This document shows, one piece after another, positions 1-9,766 of a DNA stretch of 64,000 bases; the stretch's first letter is position 1, and each line of letters begins with the position of its first letter. A program made the translations under genes and the position numbers. The DNA lies in contig CAZWKL010000001.1 in the NCBI GenBank assembly GCA_964633875.1, positions 193,841-257,840 on the forward strand, written 5' to 3'. This stretch comes from an uncultured Pseudomonadales bacterium. Lineage in GTDB: Bacteria > Patescibacteriota > Microgenomatia > UBA1400 > PJMF01. The notes under the pieces were generated by a model, which was not told the DNA's origin, did not search any database, and saw only the letters and a list, made by a program, of their open reading frames with translations.

Positions 1-253
1 TTTCAAGTCTGTACGAGCTAGGTTTATCAGCCACATTCTGGATTGAAAATGCCAGAGCAGGTAAAATGCCAAAACCAACTGTGGGCGGCGGGGGTGGCGG
101 CGGATGAGTGGCTCGCCAATAGGTAGCAAAGGCGCTGATAGCTACTCGAGAGACCATCAGCGTTATCAACAACAGCGCTCCATATTTGACAACTTTGCGG
201 CCCACAAGAGTAACTTGAGTCAAAGTAGGTCCGGTTTGGGCTTCGGTGCTCAT
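1..253 (-). CDS. Partial hypothetical membrane protein. Only the N-terminus is visible; the gene continues past the window start. Reads MSTEAQTGPTLTQVTLVGRKVVKYGALLLITLMVSRVAISAFATYWRATHPPPPPPPTVGF...
   Basis: ATG (complement of 'cat' at 251-253) is followed by a TM-like hydrophobic helix and a poly-Pro linker (the ggcggcgggggtggcggcgg run). The frame stays open to position 1. It is not in the supplied ORF track because it is truncated. Confidence 0.3.
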   Translation of the reverse strand, partial: MSTEAQTGPTLTQVTLVGRKVVKYGALLLITLMVSRVAISAFATYWRATHPPPPPPPTVGFGILPALAFSIQNVADKPSSYRLE

Positions 254-281
254 ATCTAGCGTCTATAGTATCAGGAATTAA

Positions 282-303
282 GGTGAGGTAAAATACCCTC
301 ACC
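282..303 (+). promoter_or_regulatory. Perfect 7-bp stem-loop (ggtgagg-taaaatac-cctcacc) abutting the trmD start codon
   Basis: Seen directly in the sequence. The inverted repeat ends 1 nt before ATG 304. No other SD is evident. Confidence 0.3.
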
Positions 304-951
304 ATGAAGATCACCATTTTAACGCTTTTTCCCACTTATTTCATCTCACCTTTTGAGCAGTCTATTTTGAAACGGGCCTTGGAACAGAAATTGGTAGAAG
401 TGGAAGTCGTTGATGTTCGCGATTTTTCCCAGGATAAACACAGAAAAGCCGATGACCGGCCTTTTGGTGGTGGTCCTGGCATGGTGATGATGGTTGAACC
501 GATTGATTTGGCGCTACAAAGTGTCAAAAAGAAAAGCCAAAGCGGCAAAAGGAAAGTGGTCCTCACTTCGGCTAAGGGGAAGTTGTACGACCAACAAAAA
601 GCTTTGGCTTATAGTAAACTTGACGAACTGGTGATCATTTGCGGTCATTACGAAGGGGTGGATGAGCGAGTGGCTGAGCACTTAATCGATGAAGAAATTA
701 GGATTGGCGACTATGTTTTAACCGGCGGTGAGCCAGCAGCAGCGGTGATTGCTGACAGCTTAATCCGTCTCCTCCCCGGAGTGTTGGGTAACGAAGAAAG
801 TTTTTTGGATGAATCGCACGCGGTTCCGGGCCAACTTGGTTATCCTCAATATACCAGGCCACAAAACTATCGAGGTTGGGAAGTGCCTGAGGTTTTAGTA
901 ACCGGTGATCATGCCAAGATCAAAGAGTGGCGGGAAAAACAGAAACAATAA
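304..951 (+). CDS. trmD: tRNA (guanine37-N1)-methyltransferase TrmD
   Basis: The N-terminus MKITILTLFPTYF..SPFEQSILKRA and the GGGPGMVM and ICGHYEGVDERV motifs are characteristic of the SPOUT-class TrmD. Confidence 0.9.
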   Translation: MKITILTLFPTYFISPFEQSILKRALEQKLVEVEVVDVRDFSQDKHRKADDRPFGGGPGMVMMVEPIDLALQSVKKKSQSGKRKVVLTSAKGKLYDQQKALAYSKLDELVIICGHYEGVDERVAEHLIDEEIRIGDYVLTGGEPAAAVIADSLIRLLPGVLGNEESFLDESHAVPGQLGYPQYTRPQNYRGWEVPEVLVTGDHAKIKEWREKQKQ

Positions 952-952
952 C

Positions 953-1831
953 TTAAAACTCGATTTGAGCAATTGCCTCAACAATAGGGGTAAATTTAAT
1001 TTCCAGCTCTCGCTGCAATTTTTCTGAGTTTAAAGCGGTATTTTTTTGGTAAGGCCGGTTGAGGCTGGCCAGATAACTATTGAGATCACCGGCTTGAATT
1101 TCGCTGTTAAAACCGTGAGCGTTTTTAATTGCCAAGGCAAAATCATAATCAGACCACTTTTCTCCACTGGCAGCATGGTAAAGACCGGTGCGGTTTTGGG
1201 CAATGACGGCATCAAGCACTCGAGCAAAGTCCGGCAAGAAAGTGGGGCCGAAAAAGTGATTTTTGAACTGAGGGTATAAGCTGTTGTTTTGCAGCCCTCC
1301 AACGATGCTATGGGCAATGTCTTTTTTAGGAAACGGTTTGGGCTTGAAAGGCTGGTCGATTCTGAGAATAGTCCAAGACAGCCCTTCAATATTCTGAATG
1401 ATCGTTTCCGCTTCAGCCTTGGTTTGGCCATACCACTCAATCGGGTTGATGGGGTCGTTCTCGAGGTAAAGCTCTGTTTTTTCACCATTAAAAACATAGG
1501 CGGTTGAAATGTGAATCAAGTGCTGGTTGTTTTTTTGAGCCTCTAAAGCAAGATTTTCAGTGCCAGTGACGTTAACTTTATAAGCCAGGCCATCTTTGTT
1601 ACCACGCTGCTCCCAGGCAGCGGTAACATCGGTAAAGGCCGCCAGATGAATAATCGCTTTAGCTTTAGATTCACCTAAAACTCGTGCCACCGCCTTACGG
1701 TTAGTAATATCAACCGGATTGACTGGATTACTAATATCTACTGGCTCAATCAAGTACTTATCACTAAAACTACTAATAAAACTTGAAGCTACCAAACCAT
1801 TAGAGCCAGTCACTAAAACGGGTTGCTTCAT
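953..1831 (-). CDS. rmlD: dTDP-4-dehydrorhamnose reductase (RmlD)
   Basis: Short SDR with VLVTGSNG and the ISTAYVFNG (STDYVFDG-like) RmlD motif. The likely start is the internal Met MKQPVLVTG, which overlaps the rmlC stop as ATGA. Confidence 0.8.
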   Translation of the reverse strand: MKQPVLVTGSNGLVASSFISSFSDKYLIEPVDISNPVNPVDITNRKAVARVLGESKAKAIIHLAAFTDVTAAWEQRGNKDGLAYKVNVTGTENLALEAQKNNQHLIHISTAYVFNGEKTELYLENDPINPIEWYGQTKAEAETIIQNIEGLSWTILRIDQPFKPKPFPKKDIAHSIVGGLQNNSLYPQFKNHFFGPTFLPDFARVLDAVIAQNRTGLYHAASGEKWSDYDFALAIKNAHGFNSEIQAGDLNSYLASLNRPYQKNTALNSEKLQRELEIKFTPIVEAIAQIEF

Positions 1832-2478
1832 GCAAATTTTTCCGGGTACTTGTCCCTGAGTGAGACAGAGCTTCTGTCTCTTTCCGAAATAATCATTTTT
1901 TCTTGAGGAATTGGCCAATTGACAGCCAGATCTTTATCAAATAAGGAGATAGCCAGGTCGTTATTGAGGTTGCGCCCAGCATACAGGGCATCAACGGCGT
2001 AAAGGTAATATGCTGGCCCTTCTAGCACCGCGAACGAATTGGCCAGCCCTCGGGAAATGTACAAAGAACCCTGTAGCTCGCCTTCATCCGGACCAAAAAC
2101 AAAAGTTTCGACTTTCCCAAACGTGGCGGAGCCAGGACGGACGTCGGCCAGGGCGGAGAAACACCGGCCGGTTAGCACGGTAGCCAGTTTATTCCAATCC
2201 TCAGCGTGCATACCTCTAGCGACATTAGTAACAGACATCGACAAGTTGGTTTGTTTGATCATAAACTTGTCACCGGTCAGCTCGTCAATTTCTGGAACGC
2301 GTGCCAGCTCGGTGTAAAAACCGCGATTGTCGGCAAATATCCGGTGAGGCAGGTAGTAAAGGCCATCAATGCCGGTGCTGAACACCCCTGGACGTAACTC
2401 TTCGGCCTCTTCTTTTGAGTAGCTAAAACTTATCACTGGCGCCTTTCTGTCATTTTGCTGGTTGATAATTAGCTGCAA
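1828..2478 (-). CDS. rmlC: dTDP-4-dehydrorhamnose 3,5-epimerase (RmlC, cupin)
   Basis: DNRGFYTE...RGMHAE resembles the RmlC core (D.RGFF...RGLH). It sits between rmlB and rmlD. Confidence 0.8.
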   Translation of the reverse strand: MQLIINQQNDRKAPVISFSYSKEEAEELRPGVFSTGIDGLYYLPHRIFADNRGFYTELARVPEIDELTGDKFMIKQTNLSMSVTNVARGMHAEDWNKLATVLTGRCFSALADVRPGSATFGKVETFVFGPDEGELQGSLYISRGLANSFAVLEGPAYYLYAVDALYAGRNLNNDLAISLFDKDLAVNWPIPQEKMIISERDRSSVSLRDKYPEKFA

Positions 2479-3469
2479 AAAAGTCTTGGCTTTTTAATTT
2501 GAGCGGTTGCCACCACTGTGGATTAGCTCTGTACCAATCAATAGTTTTGCTTAGGCCTTCTTCAATAGTCACTGAAGGCTTCCAGCCAAGGTCGCGATTA
2601 ATTTTTGTCCAATCCACACTGTAGCGCTTGTCGTGTCCGGCCCGGTCTTTAACATGTTCAATCATCTCGGTAGAAGCGCCCATGAGCGAGATAATCATTT
2701 CCAGCACTTGCTTGTTGGGGACGTCTTCAGTCAGGCCGCCCACCAGGTAAGTTTCGCCATTGTTGGCGTTATTAAGCACGACCTCGATAGCCGAACAATG
2801 ATCTTGCACGTACAGCCAGTCGCGCACTTGCAGGCCATCGCCGTAGAGTGGCACTTTTTTACCCTCAAGTAGCTGAGTAACGGCCAGGGCAATAAATTTC
2901 TCCGGGTGTTGGTACTCGCCGTAGTTGTTGGAGCAATTGGTGATGGTAAAAGGCAAACCGTAAGTTTCGCCGTAAGCGCGAACTAGATGGTCTGAGCCAG
3001 CTTTGCTGGCTGAATAAGGGCTGCGCGGATCATAGGGTGTGTTTTCATTGAACTGCTTATCGCTGCCCAGTTCCAGCGTGCCGAAAACTTCGTCTGTGGA
3101 AATGTGATGAAATTTTTTAATTTTGTGAGTCAAGGCAGCGTCCAACAAAACCTGAGTGCCCATGATATTAGTTTCCAAAAACACTGCCGGATTGAGAATT
3201 GATCTGTCTACGTGGCTTTCAGCCGCAAAATGAACAATCATCTCTACGTCTGCCACAATTTTATTAACCAACTCACGGTTAATAATATTGCCCTCCACAA
3301 AAGTGTAATTGGGATTGGTTTTCAAAGTCGCAAGATTTTCAAGATTGCCGGCATAAGTGAGAGCATCCAGATTGATGATTTTATCCTCGGGGTATTTTTT
3401 CATCCAGTAATGAATGAAGTTTGAGCCGATAAAGCCGGCTCCTCCGGTCACCAAAAGAGTATTGCTCAT
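2450..3469 (-). CDS. rmlB: dTDP-glucose 4,6-dehydratase (RmlB)
   Basis: N-terminal LLVTGGAGFIGSNF with catalytic YSASKAGSDHLVRAY, and an overall RmlB-like length of 339 aa. Confidence 0.9.
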   Translation of the reverse strand: MSNTLLVTGGAGFIGSNFIHYWMKKYPEDKIINLDALTYAGNLENLATLKTNPNYTFVEGNIINRELVNKIVADVEMIVHFAAESHVDRSILNPAVFLETNIMGTQVLLDAALTHKIKKFHHISTDEVFGTLELGSDKQFNENTPYDPRSPYSASKAGSDHLVRAYGETYGLPFTITNCSNNYGEYQHPEKFIALAVTQLLEGKKVPLYGDGLQVRDWLYVQDHCSAIEVVLNNANNGETYLVGGLTEDVPNKQVLEMIISLMGASTEMIEHVKDRAGHDKRYSVDWTKINRDLGWKPSVTIEEGLSKTIDWYRANPQWWQPLKLKSQDFFAANYQPAK

Positions 3470-3636
3470 CTTACTTCTCCTTGTTGCAGTTGCATGATTC
3501 TTTTTTCAAGGCGAGTGGTTTTTCTGACTTCATAGCCATAAACAGTGTAATAATAGCCGGCCATAATAGCCAAAATTACTACTAGAGCGACCAAAAATCT
3601 GAAGACTTGCTGGTGGGTGAATGGTGGTTTTTCCAT
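3466..3636 (-). CDS. Small predicted membrane protein (57 aa), not in the ORF track. Reads MEKPPFTHQQVFRFLVALVVILAIMAGYYYTVYGYEVRKTTRLEKRIMQLQQGEVR.
   Basis: I translated this by eye between the LCP gene and rmlB. It has a single TM helix. Its stop overlaps the rmlB start codon (ATGA-type coupling) on the same strand. Confidence 0.35.
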   Translation of the reverse strand: MEKPPFTHQQVFRFLVALVVILAIMAGYYYTVYGYEVRKTTRLEKRIMQLQQGEVR

Positions 3637-3640
3637 AGGT

Positions 3641-4735
3641 TTATTCGGTTTGACTAATTATAGCCGATTCGTTGGTGAAAATACTTTGCACTTGTTTTTC
3701 CAGAGCAGTTTGATCACGGACAGCATAAACCCACTGATTTTGATAAGCACGCACCGGCGGATGCCAAAGAGCGCCACTTTCGTCATCGGGGTAAATGGTG
3801 AGTGAGTGTGGGTTGAGGGCAATATCTTGGCGCACTGGAGCGAGTTGTTTCACTAAAGCCGCCAACTCGACTATGGGCAGGTACTGATCATATTGGTTGA
3901 GATAATGCTGGTAGAGTTTGCCCAAAAGCGCCAGGTCAAGGATGATATCGGGACTCATGATTTTCTGAATCAGCGAGTTAATAACCAGTTGTTGACGCTC
4001 AGACCTGGCTAGATCGTGACCTTGATCATCATCGCTGTGACGACTGCGAATATACTCCAGGGCTCTCTCCCCACTCATGGTTTCCGGACCCTCCACAAAC
4101 GTCACGGTTTTGTAAAGTTTGGCAGGATCCCGTTCGACTGTGACGTCAACATCAGAGCGCGGAAACTGCTCATCGGTAAAGCCCTGAGGCACGTCTATCT
4201 TGATACCGCCAATTAAATCAACCAACTCAGCCAGCGAATCCATAGAAATCACCACCGTATGATGAACTGGCACATCGAGCATCTCAGCGATAGTTTCAGC
4301 GGGAAATCTCTCCGGCTCAGTCGGGTAGCGCTCTTGTCCGTAATAGTAAAGAGCATTGATTTTGGTAAGGTAGGTATCGCTCCAAAGGTCTCGGGGCAGC
4401 GATAGGGTATTGATCCGGCCGCTGGGAAGGTGAACAGAGGCTAACATGATGGTGTCTGTGAGCGGCGGCGCTCCTCCACGATTTTCGTGAGAATCAATGC
4501 CTAGAATCAGGATGTTTTTGTAATCGTTGCTGGCAATGACGGGAGTCTGCCAAGCTTCCTGAGCTAAAGCTCTCATTTCTGTGAAAGTCAGACCGGAATG
4601 CTCAGAAAATATTTTTAGTTGAGAGTAAAGGTAAAAACCCATGCCGCCGGCAAAAACTGCTGAAAAAACAAAAACCACTGCCAAACCGGACAAAATTACT
4701 ACCAAAAGCCTCTTAGCCAGCTCTTTATTTGTCAT
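3641..4735 (-). CDS. LytR-CpsA-Psr (LCP) family glycopolymer-to-peptidoglycan phosphotransferase
   Basis: N-terminal TM, then ILILGIDSHENRGG...DTIMLASVH...TLSLPRDLW, which is the LCP core. Confidence 0.85.
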   Translation of the reverse strand: MTNKELAKRLLVVILSGLAVVFVFSAVFAGGMGFYLYSQLKIFSEHSGLTFTEMRALAQEAWQTPVIASNDYKNILILGIDSHENRGGAPPLTDTIMLASVHLPSGRINTLSLPRDLWSDTYLTKINALYYYGQERYPTEPERFPAETIAEMLDVPVHHTVVISMDSLAELVDLIGGIKIDVPQGFTDEQFPRSDVDVTVERDPAKLYKTVTFVEGPETMSGERALEYIRSRHSDDDQGHDLARSERQQLVINSLIQKIMSPDIILDLALLGKLYQHYLNQYDQYLPIVELAALVKQLAPVRQDIALNPHSLTIYPDDESGALWHPPVRAYQNQWVYAVRDQTALEKQVQSIFTNESAIISQTE

Positions 4736-4788
4736 ATTTATTGTTCTAATCTTATCACTCTTCCTTGTTTTAGGTTACAATAATTTCT

Positions 4789-6480
4789 ATGAACTTGAAA
4801 CGGCTGTTTGTACCACTTGCTCTGGTAATAATTATTTTTGCTTGTAGCTGGTCGCTATTCCGTCCTGGTTTATTCGTTGTGCATGATTATCTTCACGCGG
4901 CCAGGATTGGAGAAATGGTCAGCATGCTGGCCGATGGCCAGCTGCCTCCCCGGTGGAGCAGTAATTTTGGTTTTGGGTATGGAATGCCACTTTTTCAGTT
5001 TTACGCGCCGCTACCTTATTTGCTTGGTTCCGCCTTTCATTTTGGCGGCTTACCCCTGGAACTAAATATCAAATTGCTGTTTATCCTCACCAATATCATG
5101 ACCGCAGTCGGGACATACTTATTGGGTAAAAGATTGTTTGGAATTTATGGCGGAATTTTTGCCGCTGCCGCTGTGACGCTGGCTCCTTATCGGGCGCTAA
5201 ATTTGTTTGTCCGGGGGGCATTAAGTGAAGCCTTTGGCATGATGTTTTTTCCTTGGATTTTACTATCTTTGTACTTAATTATTATCGAAAACCGCTCCCG
5301 TTATTGGTTGTTACTCAGCGTTGCTGTCACGGCGCTGCTGTTGAGTCATAATTTGTCTGCCTTGATTTTCCTGCCTCTATCGGGAATCACGGCCTTGGGC
5401 ATGATTGTTTGGAAAAAATACTCTCAAGGCAGTAAGCTGGAGTTGCGTCAAAGTTTGTTTAGCTTAATTAAAGGATACAGCTTGGCAGCGCTGATTTCTG
5501 CGTTTTACACCGTGCCGGCGCTGTTGGAGAAAAGTCACACTAAAGTGGACCAATTTATTGTCGGTGGCTATTTTGATTACGCCGTGCATTTTTTGGGACT
5601 CAAGCAATTTTTCACGGAAAATTGGGGTTATGGGGCTTCGGCTTACGGCATGTATGATGAGATTTCTTTCTACCTGGGTTTTGGCCAAATTTTGGCCTTG
5701 GGAACGGCGTTGTTAGTGTTGATAGCCCTGATGATTAAAAACAAAAATATCAAAAGTTACGTCCCAAGTTTTTTTTGGGCAGGACTGCTGTTGATCACTC
5801 TTTATTTCACTCATGGTAAGTCGAAATTTGTTTGGGATTGGGTTGAGCCGCTCAAGTATCTGCAATTTCCTTGGAGGTGGTTAAGCGCCGCCACTCTTTT
5901 CCTAGCTTTATTCTCGGGGAGCGTGTTGGCCTTGTTGAAGCCAAAATTGAGTAAGTTGGTGTTCGTGAGCTTCTCTGTTTTAATAATTTTAGTCAATTGG
6001 CGCTATTTTACTCCGAGCGAATACTTGGAAAACAACAGCGAGCTTTATTATCTGGACGAGGCGCGGATCAAAAACGAGCTGAGCTACATTTTGCCTGATT
6101 ACATTCCTGTCGAACTTGAAGCAAACCTTGAACCGGCCAAAACTGAGTTTTTCGACGAGTACGCAGGATTGGAAGTAATCTCGTTCAACTCGGTGAGCAC
6201 AGAAATTAAAACCCATTTTGAGGAGGCGCAAACAATTATCTTTGCCCGGGCTGATTATCCTGGTTGGAAAGTTTATCTCAACGGCAAAGAAACCGCCAAG
6301 AGAGTGACGGAATCGGGTTTGATTGGCGTGGCGGTGCCTGCTGGCGAGAATCAAGTGGAAGTGAAGCTGGAAGCGACTCGAGTGAGGCAAGTCAGCGACC
6401 TCGTTGCTGCTGTTGGGTTGGTAATTTTGTTATTCTTCGCTACACTTGAGCTTATTAAAGGACAAAAAGCGCATGCCTGA
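4789..6480 (+). CDS. PTPS-related/YfhO-like polytopic membrane protein (putative GT-C fold glycosyltransferase)
   Basis: HDYLHAARIGEM..ADGQLPPRW...FGYGMPLFQFYAPLPY is the signature N-terminus of the '6-pyruvoyl-tetrahydropterin-synthase-related' membrane protein family. About 12 TM helices plus a C-terminal extracytoplasmic domain. Confidence 0.6.
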   Translation: MNLKRLFVPLALVIIIFACSWSLFRPGLFVVHDYLHAARIGEMVSMLADGQLPPRWSSNFGFGYGMPLFQFYAPLPYLLGSAFHFGGLPLELNIKLLFILTNIMTAVGTYLLGKRLFGIYGGIFAAAAVTLAPYRALNLFVRGALSEAFGMMFFPWILLSLYLIIIENRSRYWLLLSVAVTALLLSHNLSALIFLPLSGITALGMIVWKKYSQGSKLELRQSLFSLIKGYSLAALISAFYTVPALLEKSHTKVDQFIVGGYFDYAVHFLGLKQFFTENWGYGASAYGMYDEISFYLGFGQILALGTALLVLIALMIKNKNIKSYVPSFFWAGLLLITLYFTHGKSKFVWDWVEPLKYLQFPWRWLSAATLFLALFSGSVLALLKPKLSKLVFVSFSVLIILVNWRYFTPSEYLENNSELYYLDEARIKNELSYILPDYIPVELEANLEPAKTEFFDEYAGLEVISFNSVSTEIKTHFEEAQTIIFARADYPGWKVYLNGKETAKRVTESGLIGVAVPAGENQVEVKLEATRVRQVSDLVAAVGLVILLFFATLELIKGQKAHA

Positions 6481-7939
6481 AACTGAGCTAGCGATTATTA
6501 AACGCCGGTCGTTGGTGGGAGCGATCTCATACTTCCTCAGAACCTTGGTGCTACAAGGCATTGGTTTTATTTCCATTATAGTTTTGAGTAAATTTTTCTC
6601 ACCTGAGGACTTTGGGATTTACGGCATTGTCATTCAAATTATCGGGATTTTGATTTTCTTTTCCGATATTGGTTTGGCCGCTTCTTTGATTCAGAAAAAA
6701 GCAGAGCCCACTAAAAAAGATTTGCAAACAGTTTTTGCTATTCAACAAATCTTGTCCTGGCTAATTGTGGGCGCAGTAGTGCTTTTAAGCCAGCTGGCCT
6801 TAATCCAGAACAAACTTGGACCTGATGGCACTTGGGTTTTGTATGCTTTGGCTATTTCTTTCCCGCTGGCCACCCTCAAGACTATCCCCTCAGTAATTTT
6901 GGAAAGAAAGTTGGAGTTTTCCAAGTTGGTGCTGCCACAAATATTTGAACAACTGGTTTTTCACAGTATTCTGATTTATTTGGCTTGGAACGGTGTGGGA
7001 GTTTTGGCTTATGCTTACGCAGTCATTGCCCGCTCAATTATTGGCGTGATAGTGATGAGCCTGATTCAACCCTGGCCGTTTGGCATCCGGCTGGACAAAA
7101 AGTCATTACTGGGACTGATTAATTTTGGAGTCAAGTTTCAACTCAACGACTTTCTGGCTAGAGTTAAAGATCAGCTTTTTTATCTGACTCTAGGTTTGGT
7201 TATTCCCACTCGCCAGTTTGGTTATATTCAGTGGGCTAAAAGTTGGTCGATGTATCCTTATAATTTAACTGTCCAAAATGTTTTAGCCATCACCTTTCCC
7301 AGTTTTTCACGCTTACAACATAATAAAGCGGCGCTAGCTAAAGCTATAGAAAAATCTCTTTTCTTTATCACTTTGGTTATTTTTCCCATTATAGTTGGTA
7401 TGTCTTTGTTTATTATTCCTTTACTGACTTTGATTCCTGATTATCAAAAATGGCTGCCAGCCGCTGCCAGCTTGATTCTGTTTAGTGCCAGTATTGCTTG
7501 GGGAGCAGTTTCTACCCCACTCACCAACACCCTCAACGCCATCGGCCAAATCAACCAAACCCTCAAACTCATGCTTTTATGGACGACACTTACCTGGATA
7601 CTGACTCCGGTTTTGTATGTTCTTTTGGGTTTCAACGGTGTTGCTTGGGCGGCGTTATTGATCAGCTTTACTTCAGCGCTGTCGGTTTATTATGTGCAAA
7701 AAGCAGTCTCGTTCAGTTTTCTGGACCAAGTTTGGCGACAGACTCTCGCTAGCCTGGTGATGGTGGTGCTTGGCTTGTTTGGTTGGCAGTATTGGCAGCA
7801 AGGTTTTACTCAACTACTAACAGGAATGCTCTTGGTAGGAGCCAGCTATCCGGCTGTACTTTTATTGATAGGAAAAGATAAAATACTTTCAGAAATCAAC
7901 TTGATACTAGCTATTGTCCGCCGGAAAGGAACAGCGTGA
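6473..7939 (+). CDS. wzx: Wzx-type oligosaccharide flippase (MOP/PST family)
   Basis: About 12-14 TM segments and a polysaccharide-biosynthesis-protein-like architecture. The start ATGCCTGA overlaps the upstream stop. Confidence 0.8.
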   Translation: MPETELAIIKRRSLVGAISYFLRTLVLQGIGFISIIVLSKFFSPEDFGIYGIVIQIIGILIFFSDIGLAASLIQKKAEPTKKDLQTVFAIQQILSWLIVGAVVLLSQLALIQNKLGPDGTWVLYALAISFPLATLKTIPSVILERKLEFSKLVLPQIFEQLVFHSILIYLAWNGVGVLAYAYAVIARSIIGVIVMSLIQPWPFGIRLDKKSLLGLINFGVKFQLNDFLARVKDQLFYLTLGLVIPTRQFGYIQWAKSWSMYPYNLTVQNVLAITFPSFSRLQHNKAALAKAIEKSLFFITLVIFPIIVGMSLFIIPLLTLIPDYQKWLPAAASLILFSASIAWGAVSTPLTNTLNAIGQINQTLKLMLLWTTLTWILTPVLYVLLGFNGVAWAALLISFTSALSVYYVQKAVSFSFLDQVWRQTLASLVMVVLGLFGWQYWQQGFTQLLTGMLLVGASYPAVLLLIGKDKILSEINLILAIVRRKGTA

Positions 7940-8844
7940 GTTTATCTGCAGTGATCAACACCAAAAACGCCGTTAGCTCCAACTTTGACCATAAATTTGA
8001 GGACACTCTCAAGTCTGTCAAGTTTGCTGATGAAATTGTTGTGGTGGATATGCACAGTAGTGACGCAACGGTTAAAGTCGCCAAAAAGTACACTGATAAA
8101 ATTTTTGAATTTGATGATCTGGGCTTTGTGGAACCTGCCAGAAATTTCGCTATTTCCAAGGCCACTCAGGAGTGGGTGTTGATAGTAGACGCTGACGAAA
8201 TTATCAGTCCCACCCTAAAAAAACGTATCCAAGCCTTGGTGGGCGGTGATGCTACCGCCGATGCTTATTTCCTGCCGAGAAAAAATATTGTTTTCAAACG
8301 CTGGTACGAGCACGCCGGTTGGTGGCCGGATTATCAGCTCAGACTTTTTAAGAAAGAAGTAGTCACTTGGTCTGACAAAATACATTCTCAGCCAAGAATT
8401 AAAGGCACCGCTGATTACTTGGCCAAACGCGAGGACTACGCCATCGTTCACTACAACTACCAAACAGTCGAGCAGTATATTGAAAGGCTTAACCGCTATA
8501 CCAGTCACGAAGCACGGCAGCGTGAACAAAAAAATATTACGGGCGGCACCATCGTTGAGTCATTTAGCGCCGAAGCCATGAGCCGGCTTTTTCTTCATCG
8601 TGGGGTAGACGCTGGCGCTCACGGAGTTGGTATTTCTCTCTTGCAAACTTTTTATGAAGTGGCGGTAGTGCTAAAGCAGTGGGAGCTCCAGGGTTTTCCC
8701 AAATCAGATAACAAAAATGACACCATCAAAGAATTGGAAGCGTTGCAGTTTACCCTCAACTTTTGGTTAGCTGATTGGCACGCAAAAAATAATAAAGGTA
8801 TTTCTAGGCTTATTTGGAGGCTCCGGCGCAAGCTTGGGTTATAA
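7936..8844 (+). CDS. Glycosyltransferase family 2 (KdtX/WaaE-like subfamily)
   Basis: SAVINTKN...ADEIVVVDMHSSD..T..A..Y and a DADE motif. GTG start overlaps the wzx stop. Confidence 0.8.
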   Translation: MSLSAVINTKNAVSSNFDHKFEDTLKSVKFADEIVVVDMHSSDATVKVAKKYTDKIFEFDDLGFVEPARNFAISKATQEWVLIVDADEIISPTLKKRIQALVGGDATADAYFLPRKNIVFKRWYEHAGWWPDYQLRLFKKEVVTWSDKIHSQPRIKGTADYLAKREDYAIVHYNYQTVEQYIERLNRYTSHEARQREQKNITGGTIVESFSAEAMSRLFLHRGVDAGAHGVGISLLQTFYEVAVVLKQWELQGFPKSDNKNDTIKELEALQFTLNFWLADWHAKNNKGISRLIWRLRRKLGL

Positions 8845-8851
8845 TAATATC

Positions 8852-9766
8852 GTGTTGCATGTATCGATTATCATCGTTGATTATAATAGCCACCGGGACA
8901 CTCGGGAGTGCTTGCTGTCATTGGATAAAATCAAAGCCAAGGGCTTTAAGTGGAACGCCATTATTATTGATAATGGTTCCAAAGAACCGTTGGTATTGCC
9001 GCCAAACCTGATTAATAATAACTTCGAACTGATTCGCAGCTCTTCCAACCTGGGCTTTACCGGCGGCAACAACATGGGCATTTATCATTCTATTGAAAAA
9101 TATAACTCTGATTACGTGGTACTGCTCAATAATGACACCGTTGTGGATCCCCACTTCCTGCAAGCACTGTTTGAGTGTATTGAGGAAAATCCCAAGTACG
9201 GGATTGTCGGCTCGAAAATTTACTTTTATCAAGGTAACGAGTTCCACCAAAATAGCTACAAAAAAGACCAGCTTGGCCAGGTTTTGTGGTATGCCGGCGG
9301 CAGCATTGATTGGCAGCATCTGGCCGCATTTCACCGGGGAGTGGATGAAGTTGATCGAGGACAGTTTGACCAACAAAAAACCAGTGATTTTGCCACTGGT
9401 TGCTCGCTGATCATCGGGCGGGAAATCCTCGAAAAAGTAGGCACTTTGGATAAGCGCTACTTTTTGTATTTAGAAGATGTCGATCTGAGTATGAGAGCCA
9501 GAAAAGCCGGTTATGAAATTGGTTTTTGCCCGGAATCTAAGGTGTGGCACAAAAATGCCAGTTCATCGGGAGGTTCAGGTTCAACTATTCATGATTACTA
9601 TCAAGCCAGAAACAGATTGTTGTTTGCGGCTACTCACGGCGACTGGCAGGCTTGGTTGGCTGCCATCAGACTTGCTTGGCAAGATTTTTTATCAGGCAAC
9701 GAAAAAAAGCGCCAAGGAGTGCTGCATGCTCTTACCAATCAATTCGGAAAGCAACCGGTAGTATGA
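8852..9766 (+). CDS. Glycosyltransferase family 2 (WbbL/rhamnosyltransferase-like)
   Basis: VSIIIVDYNS...GFTGGNNMGI...DTVV...YLEDVDLSMR. The start is ambiguous (TTG 8834, or GTG 8852 which I prefer). Confidence 0.8.
   Translation: MLHVSIIIVDYNSHRDTRECLLSLDKIKAKGFKWNAIIIDNGSKEPLVLPPNLINNNFELIRSSSNLGFTGGNNMGIYHSIEKYNSDYVVLLNNDTVVDPHFLQALFECIEENPKYGIVGSKIYFYQGNEFHQNSYKKDQLGQVLWYAGGSIDWQHLAAFHRGVDEVDRGQFDQQKTSDFATGCSLIIGREILEKVGTLDKRYFLYLEDVDLSMRARKAGYEIGFCPESKVWHKNASSSGGSGSTIHDYYQARNRLLFAATHGDWQAWLAAIRLAWQDFLSGNEKKRQGVLHALTNQFGKQPVV

Noticed and set aside
27-335. A 102-aa minus-strand ORF upstream of and overlapping the trmD start.
   Set aside because: It overlaps the trmD start. It has a Cys/Ser-rich unlikely composition. 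A different minus-strand frame (the partial ORF 1-253) gives a far more protein-like N-terminus.
5989-6390. A 133-aa antisense ORF within the PTPS-related membrane protein gene.
   Set aside because: It is antisense to a gene with a strong family signature. Its composition is not protein-like.
8918-9376. A 152-aa antisense ORF within the GT2 gene at 8852-9766.
   Set aside because: It is antisense to a GT2 with clear DxD and N-terminal motifs. It has no features of its own.
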